A program made the position numbers and the translations under genes. Below, in pieces: positions 56,823-64,000 of a DNA stretch of 64,000 bases; within the stretch, counting starts at the first letter, position 1; every line of letters begins with the position of its first letter. Origin of the DNA: Gemmatimonadaceae bacterium (lineage in GTDB: Bacteria; Gemmatimonadota; Gemmatimonadetes; Gemmatimonadales; Gemmatimonadaceae); NCBI GenBank assembly GCA_040901985.1, contig JBBDYC010000011.1, positions 1 through 64,000 of the forward strand. Direction: 5' to 3'. A model generated the notes under the pieces. That model searched no databases, was not told the origin of the DNA, and saw only the letters and a program-made list of their open reading frames with translations.

Positions 56823-58435
56823 GAGCGACGGCCCTTCTCCTCGGAGCGGTGATCGGCCTCGGCTGTCAGCCCCAGGCTTCGATGCCGCCGGCACCGCTGG
56901 CGACCGACGACACCGCCTCCGGCGCCGCCACCGACACCGCCACCGCGACCCTGATGCCGCGGATCCTGACCGAGACGCTCCGGCCACCGGCGCCGACGGC
57001 CACGCCGGTGGGCAATCGGCCGGCGCCGCCAGCCCTGCACGCCCTCGGGTCGTTCATAGACTCGCTCGTCAGCGATCCGATGTTCCAGTCGGCGCACTGG
57101 GGGGTGCTGATCTACGACCCCGCCCTCGGCGACACGCTCTACTCGGCGAACGCCGGCAAACTCTTCCTTCCGGCGTCGAACATCAAGCTGATCATCGGCG
57201 CGGTCGCGCTCGCGCAGCTCGGCGCCGACTACCGCTATCCGACGTGGCTCCTCGGCCGTGCGCCCGGCCGCGACGGCACGATGCGCGGCGACCTGGTGGT
57301 GATCGGGCGCGGCGACCCGTCGGTGAGCGATTCGCTCGCCGGAGACGCGATGCGGCCATTGCGCGAGTTCGCCGACTCGCTGGCCGCGCGCGGCGTGAAG
57401 CACATTGCGGGACGGCTGATCCGCGGCGCCGACGCGTTTCCCGACTCGACCCTCGGACGCGGGTGGGCCTGGGACGGGCTGGACGAAGGCTATTCGGCGC
57501 CGGTGGACGAGCTGCTCTTCAACGAGGGGTTCGCCCGCGTGACGGTGTTCGGTGGCGCGCGCCCGGGAGACCCGGTGCGCGTGCGCACGGCACCGGCGAA
57601 GACGGTACCGCAACTCGGCGTGGTGGACGTGGTCACCGACCGGAACTGCTGCCTGATCCGGTCGCGCGTGACGTGGACGGGCGACGTGCGCGGCGCACGC
57701 CCGACGCTCTCGCTGCAGGGCACGGTGCGCGTACACGACTCGGTCACGGTGAACGTCGCGCTGCGGAACCCCGCCGGCGCGTACCTCGATGCGCTGGCAG
57801 AGGCACTGGGCGAGCGCGGAATCACGGTCGGGGGCGGCGTCGAGCCCAACGCGCTCGGCGACACGATCGGCCTCTTGACGCTTGCCACCCGCCGCTCGCC
57901 GCCCCTCGCGGCAATCCTGACGGCGTTCCAGAAGCCGTCGCAGAACCAGATTGGCGAGATCCTGCTCAAAACCCTCGGCCTCGAACGGACCGGCGTCGGG
58001 ACCGCCGACAGTGGGCGCGCGGTCGTGACGCGGCAGTTGGCGGCGTGGGGCCTCGACTCCGCCGGCCACGAGGTGCGGGACGGCAGCGGACTCTCGCGAC
58101 ACAACTTTCTCACGCCGCAGACGATTGTGCGCGTCCTTGAGGTGATGCGGACGCGCGACGATTTCGGCGTCTTCTTTGATGCGCTCCCGATCGGCGGGGT
58201 GGACGGGACGATCCGCGAGCGGCTGCGCGGCACGCTCGCGTACGACAACGTGCGGGCCAAGACGGGGACCCTCGACAAGGCCCGTGCGCTGTCCGGATAC
58301 GTCACCAGCGCTGACGGCCACGTGCTGATCTTCTCGCTTCTCGCCAACAATCACGTCGTGCCGACGCGCGAAGTGGAGCGGGTGCAGGACGCGGTGGTGG
58401 CGTACCTCGCGGCGATGGACGCGGGCCGCCGCTGA
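56819..58435 (+). CDS. dacB: D-alanyl-D-alanine carboxypeptidase/endopeptidase PBP4 (lipoprotein)
   Basis: Lipobox 'GLGC'; SxxK 'PASNIK', 'GRGDP', SxN 'PSQN', 'DGSGLSR', 'KTGTL'. Confidence 0.93.
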   Translation: MRATALLLGAVIGLGCQPQASMPPAPLATDDTASGAATDTATATLMPRILTETLRPPAPTATPVGNRPAPPALHALGSFIDSLVSDPMFQSAHWGVLIYDPALGDTLYSANAGKLFLPASNIKLIIGAVALAQLGADYRYPTWLLGRAPGRDGTMRGDLVVIGRGDPSVSDSLAGDAMRPLREFADSLAARGVKHIAGRLIRGADAFPDSTLGRGWAWDGLDEGYSAPVDELLFNEGFARVTVFGGARPGDPVRVRTAPAKTVPQLGVVDVVTDRNCCLIRSRVTWTGDVRGARPTLSLQGTVRVHDSVTVNVALRNPAGAYLDALAEALGERGITVGGGVEPNALGDTIGLLTLATRRSPPLAAILTAFQKPSQNQIGEILLKTLGLERTGVGTADSGRAVVTRQLAAWGLDSAGHEVRDGSGLSRHNFLTPQTIVRVLEVMRTRDDFGVFFDALPIGGVDGTIRERLRGTLAYDNVRAKTGTLDKARALSGYVTSADGHVLIFSLLANNHVVPTREVERVQDAVVAYLAAMDAGRR

Positions 58436-59691
58436 TGCTATCGGTCGGCGAGGCGGCTGAGCGGATCACGGCGGCCGTCGCGCCGCTGGAGCACGAGAGG
58501 GTCGCGCTCGCCGATGCACTCGGCGCGGTGCTGGCGGCCGACGTCGTCTCCCCCGTCACGCTGCCGCACTGGAACAACTCGGCGATGGACGGCTACGCCG
58601 TGCGTGCCGCCGACATCGCGGGGGCGAGCGGCGACGCGCCGGTGACGCTCCCGGTGATGGGCACGATCGCGGCCGGCGCCCTGCCCCAGCGGCCGCTCGA
58701 ACGCGGCGAGGCCGTCCGGATCATGACTGGCGCGCCGCTCCCCGACGGCGCTGACAGCGTCGTGCGGGTCGAGGACACCGACGCGGGGACGGACCGTGTG
58801 CGGATCAACGCGGATCGCGACGCCGGCAAGAACGTCCGGCAGCGCGGCGAGGACATCAGCGCCGGGGCAACGGCGCTGCCGAAGGGAATCCCGCTCGGCG
58901 CGGCCCAACTTGGCGTGCTGGCCAGCATCGGCGCGGGCGTGGTGCCGGTGCATCGCCGGCCGCGAGTGGCGATCCTCGGGTCGGGCGACGAACTCGTGGA
59001 CCTCGACGAGTTCGACGAGGTCCTTGCCGGCAGGCGCATCGTCAGCTCCAATCGCTACACGCTCGCGGCGCTCGTGCAGCTCTCCGGGGGCGTTCCGCTC
59101 CCCCTTGGCCACGCGCGCGATTCGCTCGCCGAGGTCCGGGCGCTGTTGGAACGCGCGGTCGCCGAAGGCGCCGACCTCATCGTGACCTCGGCCGGCGTCT
59201 CGGTGGGCGAGCACGATCACACGCGCGCGGCGGTGGAGGAACTCGGCACCGCGCTCGATTTCTGGCGCGTCCGGATGCGCCCGGGCGCGCCGCTGGGGTT
59301 TGGCCGCGTGCGCGGGATCCCCTGGGTCGGGCTGCCGGGGAATCCGGTCTCGGCGATGGTGACGTTCGAGCTGTTCGTCCGGCCGGCGGTGCGACGGATG
59401 CTCGGCCACACGCGCGTCCACCGGCGACCGGTGCGCGTCACGCTCGAGGAGCCGGTGAGCATCGGCGCCAGGCTGACGCACTTCTACCGGGCCATCGTGA
59501 CGCCGCGCGCGGACGGCACGCTCGGTGCGCGGCTCACCGGACCGCAGGGCTCGGGAATCCTGACGTCAATGTCGCTGGCCAACGCGCTGCTCGTGGTGCC
59601 GGAGGACCGGACGACCGTGGCGGCCGGGGAGACGCTCTCGGCGCTCCTCCTCGGCGACGACGCGGGCCTGACGGATACCTTTGCGCTCTGA
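58435..59691 (+). CDS. moeA: Molybdopterin molybdotransferase MoeA
   Basis: 'SAMDGYAVR', 'RIMTGAP', 'GDEL', 'GVSVG', 'LPGNPVS', 'QGSG'. Confidence 0.95.
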   Translation: MLSVGEAAERITAAVAPLEHERVALADALGAVLAADVVSPVTLPHWNNSAMDGYAVRAADIAGASGDAPVTLPVMGTIAAGALPQRPLERGEAVRIMTGAPLPDGADSVVRVEDTDAGTDRVRINADRDAGKNVRQRGEDISAGATALPKGIPLGAAQLGVLASIGAGVVPVHRRPRVAILGSGDELVDLDEFDEVLAGRRIVSSNRYTLAALVQLSGGVPLPLGHARDSLAEVRALLERAVAEGADLIVTSAGVSVGEHDHTRAAVEELGTALDFWRVRMRPGAPLGFGRVRGIPWVGLPGNPVSAMVTFELFVRPAVRRMLGHTRVHRRPVRVTLEEPVSIGARLTHFYRAIVTPRADGTLGARLTGPQGSGILTSMSLANALLVVPEDRTTVAAGETLSALLLGDDAGLTDTFAL

Positions 59692-60397
59692 GCTCGCCGC
59701 ACTCGACCGGGAGTTCGTCCTCGACACCAAGGTGGTGGACGTCGAGGGGTGGCCGGTGCGACTGGAAAAGCCGCGGAACTCCGACGACCTGATCAGCGAG
59801 GCGGACTACGCAAAGGACGAGCGGCTGCCGTATTGGGCGGACCTCTGGCCCTCGGCGGAGTCGCTGGCGCGGCACCTCGTGCGGACGGGCGTGGACGACG
59901 AGCGGGGGCGCGCCGCGGTCGGCGATGCTTTGCCCACCGCCCTTGAACTCGGCTGCGGCATTGGCCTGGTGACGATTGCCGCGATGCGCGCCGGCTACCG
60001 GGTGACCGGCACCGACTATTACGCCGACGCGCTGCGATTCACGGCCCGGAACGCGCTCGCCAACGTCGGCGTCGAGCCGGCCACGCGCCACGTGGACTGG
60101 CGCGCGCTGCCGGACGACCTCGGGCTGTTCGACCTCGTGCTGGCGGCCGACGTGCTCTACGAGCGACCGTACGCGCCGCTGGTGGCCGCGGCGATCGCAC
60201 GGACCCTCGCGCCAGGTGGTGTGGCGCTGGTGGCCGACCAGGGCCGGGTCGGCCTCGAGGCGTTCCTCGCGGCGACCGTGGAGCACGGACTCGCGCACCG
60301 GACGCTACTCACCGAACGCCCGACGGTCGGCCCGCCGGGCGATCCCACTGCGCCGGGCCCGACCGTCACGCTCTACGAGCTGCGCTGGGCGCCGTAA
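59681..60397 (+). CDS. Class I SAM methyltransferase (protein-lysine methyltransferase-like)
   Basis: 'PYWADLWPSA', 'LELGCGIG', 'AADVLYE'; TTG start overlapping the moeA end. Confidence 0.88.
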   Translation: MRSELAALDREFVLDTKVVDVEGWPVRLEKPRNSDDLISEADYAKDERLPYWADLWPSAESLARHLVRTGVDDERGRAAVGDALPTALELGCGIGLVTIAAMRAGYRVTGTDYYADALRFTARNALANVGVEPATRHVDWRALPDDLGLFDLVLAADVLYERPYAPLVAAAIARTLAPGGVALVADQGRVGLEAFLAATVEHGLAHRTLLTERPTVGPPGDPTAPGPTVTLYELRWAP

Positions 60398-60440
60398 CCG
60401 CGCCGTGAAATCGGCGGCGCGCCGGCGCCAGGCACCCCCG

Positions 60441-60893
60441 CTACTCCAGCCCCCGCGGCGTCCCGAGGATTGTCATCAGCACGATCCCGCGTCGCGCATC
60501 CCGTGAGCTTTTTATCCAATCGCGCGCAGGGATGCCGCGTAGGCGGGCGCCGGCGCGTCGCGCCGGCGGCGGCAGAGGCGCGGCGGGACGAGGAGCCGGC
60601 GGCTCCAGCGATTCAAGCACAAACGGCACCGCGCGCGGCGGGGCCGACGGACGGACGGTCACCGGCCGCGGAAAGAGGACCGACGGCTCGAAGCCGTCGC
60701 GCCCCTTGCGCACGAGCGCAATCCAATCTTCCTCGTCGTCCTCCTCTTCGTCGGGCACTGCCACGCGACGACCGCGCCGAGCGGCCGACGGCGCGGCCGG
60801 CGGCGTGCCCGCCGCGCGCTTCCTGGCCCAGCGCACGAAGTAATCCCCCCCCGTGAAGAGGAGGATCAGGAGGACGATGATCAGTTGTTCCAT
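60441..60893 (-). CDS. YqfB-like single-TM protein
   Basis: N-terminal TM, Pro-rich linker, C-terminal 'ARRGIVLMTILGTPRG'; directly downstream of floA. Confidence 0.7.
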   Translation of the reverse strand: MEQLIIVLLILLFTGGDYFVRWARKRAAGTPPAAPSAARRGRRVAVPDEEEDDEEDWIALVRKGRDGFEPSVLFPRPVTVRPSAPPRAVPFVLESLEPPAPRPAAPLPPPARRAGARLRGIPARDWIKSSRDARRGIVLMTILGTPRGLE

Positions 60894-60905
60894 CGTCGGC
60901 GCGCC

Positions 60906-61877
60906 TTACCGGGCCTTGCCGGCGTCGGGCGCGTCGCCGCCGTGCGCGATGGACTCACGCATCTCGGTGTCGGCCTGGACGTTCTTCATCCGGTAGTAGT
61001 CCATAATGCCGAGGTTGCCCGCCTTGAACGCCTCGGCCATCGCGCGTGGCACCTCGGCCTCGGCCTCGACGACACGCGCCCGCATCTCCTGCTCGAGCGC
61101 GACGGCCATCGCGCGCCGCTCCTCGGCCTTCGCCTGCGCGATCTGCTTGTCCGCGTTGGCCTGGTCAATCTGCAGCTTGGCCCCGATGTTCTCGCCCACG
61201 TCAACGTCGGCGATGTCAATCGAGAGGATCTCGAACGCCGTCCCGGCGTCGAGCCCGCGGCTGAGGATGTGCTTGGAGATGTGGTCGGGGTTCTCGAGCA
61301 CGTCCTTGTGCGACTCGGCCGATCCGATGGTGCTCACCATCCCCTCGCCGACGCGGGCGATCACCGTCTCCTCGCCGGCGCCGCCGACGAGCCGGTCAAT
61401 GTTGGTGCGGACCGTCACCCGGGAGACGGCGATGAGCTGGATCCCGTTCTTGGCGATGGCCGCGATGCGCGGCGTCTCGATCACCTTCGGGATGACCGAC
61501 ATCTTCACCGCCTCGAGCACGTCGCGGCCGGCGAGGTCAATCGCCGCCGCCCGCTTGAACGTGAGCGGGATGTTGGCCTTGTCCGCCGAGATGAGTGCAT
61601 TCACCACCCGCACGACGTTGCCGCCGGCGAGGAAATGCGCCTCGAGGTCGTTGAGCGAGACCTCGAGCCCCGCCTTCACCGCGCTGATCCTGGCGGTGAC
61701 GATCGTCGTCGGTGGCACGCGACGCAGCCGCATCGCGATGAGGGTCGGGAGTCCGACGTATGCCCCCGAGGCCCAGGCGGCAATCCAGAGATTGACCGGC
61801 ACGAAGAAGAGGAGAAGACCCAGTCCCGCGATCAGGAGGACGAGGAGGCCGATGCCCCCGCCGATGAGTTCGGTCAT
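60906..61877 (-). CDS. floA: Flotillin-like protein FloA (YqfA)
   Basis: 'MRLRRVPP', 'LEAHFLAGG', '[11 protein letters not shown]', 'ARVGEG', '[16 protein letters not shown]'. Confidence 0.95.
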   Translation of the reverse strand: MTELIGGGIGLLVLLIAGLGLLLFFVPVNLWIAAWASGAYVGLPTLIAMRLRRVPPTTIVTARISAVKAGLEVSLNDLEAHFLAGGNVVRVVNALISADKANIPLTFKRAAAIDLAGRDVLEAVKMSVIPKVIETPRIAAIAKNGIQLIAVSRVTVRTNIDRLVGGAGEETVIARVGEGMVSTIGSAESHKDVLENPDHISKHILSRGLDAGTAFEILSIDIADVDVGENIGAKLQIDQANADKQIAQAKAEERRAMAVALEQEMRARVVEAEAEVPRAMAEAFKAGNLGIMDYYRMKNVQADTEMRESIAHGGDAPDAGKAR

Positions 61878-63265
61878 GACGTGTGCCCTTGCGTTGTGGC
61901 GTGGTGCGTCCGCACCACGATCCGGTTGCCGTCCAGCCGGCTGACCACCACGGTGGTGCCGGCGTCAATCATCTCACCATTCGAGACCACATCCATCCGT
62001 TCGCCATCAATCTCGGCGATCCCCGCCGGCCGCAACGGCGTGCGGGCGATGCCCGTGCGGCCGAGGAGGGCGCCGCTCGGGGCGGACGGTACGTCGTCGC
62101 CACCCCCGGCCGCCAGGGCCGACTCGAGGACCAGGCGGCGCGTGACCGGCGTTCGCGCCAGCGATCGGAATATCAGCAGGGTGAGCGCCAGGCCCATCAG
62201 CATCGAGATCGAGATCCGCCCGAGCGCACCCAGCACCGCCTGGATGGTCGCGCCGTGCCCCACCAGCCCCAGGGCAAGTCCGGCGACCACGGCGGCGATC
62301 CCCCCGACGCCGGCAATCCCGAATCCGGGAATCACGAAGACCTCGAGTCCGATCAACCCGAGGCCGACGATCACGAGCAGGATTTCCTCCCACCCGACGA
62401 GCTGGACGACCCAATGCCCGCCCAGGACGAGGACGAGACTGGCCAGGCCGAGCGCACCGGGGAATCCGAAGCCCGGCGTGCGAATCTCGATGAGGATGCC
62501 AATCATTGCCGCCGAGAGGAGGAGCGAGGCGACGATCGGGTGCGTGAGCAGGCGCACGAAGCGCTCGCCCCAGTTGGGCGTCTTGGTGCGCACCTCGGCG
62601 CCGGTCAGCTCGAGGTAGGCAAGCAGCGCGTCGAGGTCGTTGGCGACGTGGTCGGCGATCCCGTGCTTGAGCGCCTCCTCGGTCGTGAGCGTGAGGAGCT
62701 TCCCCTTGTCAATCAGGCCGGCGATCTCGACGTCAGCGTCCACCATCGCCTCGGCGATCTCCGGCGAGCGATTGCGCGTGTCGGCGGTGGCGCGGAATTC
62801 CTTGCGCACGTAGGAGACGGACTTCTCCTCCACCGGCGTCGCCTCGCCGCCCGGCGCCCCGATCTGGACCGGGGTGGCGGCGCCGATCGTGCCACCGTCG
62901 GTCATCACGATGCGCTCGGAGGCGAGACTGATCAGCGCGCCGGCGGAGATGGCGCGCCGATTCACCCAAGCGACCGAGCGGACCGGCGATGAGAGGAGCG
63001 CGTCGCGGATCGCGACCGCGGCATCAAGCCGGCCGCCAAAGGTGTTGATGTCGAGGATCACCGCCGACGCGCCTTCGCGTTGCGCCTCCCGCAGAACCCG
63101 GTCCACGAACGGGGCGAGCCCGAGATCAATCATCCCCTCGATCGGGATGACCTGCACGTGCTGGCGCGCCGGCGGCTGCGCGGCCGGCGGCGATCCGGAC
63201 AGCGCGACGACGGCGAGACCGGCGATCGCAAGGCCGCGCACGGCGCGGAGACCTGACATTCGCAT
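61874..63265 (-). CDS. nfeD: Long-form NfeD membrane-bound serine protease (YqeZ-like)
   Basis: 'INTFGG', 'AISAGALI', 'TIGAATP', 'KLLTLT'; TM region; C-terminal OB 'TPLRPAG'. Confidence 0.92.
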   Translation of the reverse strand: MRMSGLRAVRGLAIAGLAVVALSGSPPAAQPPARQHVQVIPIEGMIDLGLAPFVDRVLREAQREGASAVILDINTFGGRLDAAVAIRDALLSSPVRSVAWVNRRAISAGALISLASERIVMTDGGTIGAATPVQIGAPGGEATPVEEKSVSYVRKEFRATADTRNRSPEIAEAMVDADVEIAGLIDKGKLLTLTTEEALKHGIADHVANDLDALLAYLELTGAEVRTKTPNWGERFVRLLTHPIVASLLLSAAMIGILIEIRTPGFGFPGALGLASLVLVLGGHWVVQLVGWEEILLVIVGLGLIGLEVFVIPGFGIAGVGGIAAVVAGLALGLVGHGATIQAVLGALGRISISMLMGLALTLLIFRSLARTPVTRRLVLESALAAGGGDDVPSAPSGALLGRTGIARTPLRPAGIAEIDGERMDVVSNGEMIDAGTTVVVSRLDGNRIVVRTHHATTQGHTS

Positions 63266-63369
63266 CTGCTGCCACCTCAAGGTGGTGAAGGGAGGTGCCT
63301 CCAAGTTACGCCGCGGCCCCGACGCGCGACAGCGCGGCGTCCGCCGCACACCGCCCCGTCCGGGGCCCG

Positions 63370-63852
63370 TCACCAGCGTCGCACCCGGCGCGCGTACCCG
63401 GCGTACGTCTCACCGAACTTCCGTTCCAGGTACGCCTCCTCGCGCGCGATCACAAAGGCGTTCGTCGCGGCGATGGCCGGAATCACCATCAGCACCACGG
63501 CCAGCCGGTCGGTCCAGAGCCCGAGTCCGAGCTGAAGCAGCGCGAAGCCGAGGTAGATCGGGTTCCGCGAGACCGCGTAGGGCCCGCTCGTGACGATCGC
63601 GGTGGTCGGCCGCCAGGGATAGACGGCGGTCTGGTGCCGCCTGAGGACGTGCGCCGCCCAGCTCACCAGGATGAGCGCCATTGCGGTGATGGCGGCGCCG
63701 AACATCCACCACCCGTCGGGCCGCGCCGCCACCGGCCGCAGCCAGTGCACGAACACGCCGAACGCCGTCGCGATCACGAAGATCAGCGGCGGCGGGAACC
63801 GCAGCCCGGGGTGGTCAGGCAAGTCGTTGGGCAACGACTTCGGCAATGTCAT
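63370..63852 (-). CDS. Isoprenylcysteine carboxyl methyltransferase / PEMT family membrane protein
   Basis: '[17 protein letters not shown]', '[15 protein letters not shown]...VRRW'. Confidence 0.9.
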   Translation of the reverse strand: MTLPKSLPNDLPDHPGLRFPPPLIFVIATAFGVFVHWLRPVAARPDGWWMFGAAITAMALILVSWAAHVLRRHQTAVYPWRPTTAIVTSGPYAVSRNPIYLGFALLQLGLGLWTDRLAVVLMVIPAIAATNAFVIAREEAYLERKFGETYAGYARRVRRW

Positions 63853-64000
63853 AGACGGGCACCTCGCTCCCCTTTGCCTTCACGCCGTCGGCCATCATCG
63901 TCATGCAGAACGGGCAGGCCACGGCCACCGCGCCAGCGTCCGTGGCCAGCGCCTCCTCGGCGCGCTCGACGTTGATCCGCTTGCCGACTTTCTCCTCCAT
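63815..64000 (-). CDS. C-terminus of a CCG-domain Fe-S oxidoreductase (FadF/HdrD-like), truncated by window edge
   Basis: '[28 protein letters not shown]', 'YDIAE'. Confidence 0.85.
   Translation of the reverse strand: MEEKVGKRINVERAEEALATDAGAVAVACPFCMTMMADGVKAKGSEVPVYDIAEVVAQRLA

Overview
High-GC (visually ~70%) bacterial chromosome segment, most likely Gemmatimonadota. This is an inference from gene content, e.g. the 'LNAALADRYRLERELGAGGMATVY' Ser/Thr kinase with beta-propeller. Positions ~50-3400 are a decaying integron-type gene-cassette array with no integrase in the window. It has four related attC-like sites separating two toxin-antitoxin cassettes, a DoxX cassette, an HhH DNA-glycosylase-like cassette and a pspC gene, and is closed by an IS30 remnant and an intact IS481. 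The accessory region at 7-24 kb holds the two strongest candidates for undescribed systems: (i) a three-gene synthase-dependent polysaccharide operon (TPR/beta-barrel porin + cellulose-synthase-like GT2 lacking PilZ + GH26), and (ii) a small YLDPxSGS peptide + kinase-like/methyltransferase fusion (NoeA-like) + membrane alkaline-phosphatase-superfamily enzyme. The rest is mostly core genome: deaD, a cystathionine gamma-synthase/lyase gene, purD, an atypical fpg, a Cho-like endonuclease, the ubiE/ubiD/ubiA/ubiX quinone cluster, an ECF sigma/anti-sigma pair, mrp, four minor type IV pilins, nrnA, guaB, gpmI, queD-fdhD-mobAB-dacB-moeA and nfeD-floA. No rRNA, tRNA or CRISPR array was seen. All calls are from motif recognition by eye; no database searches were run.
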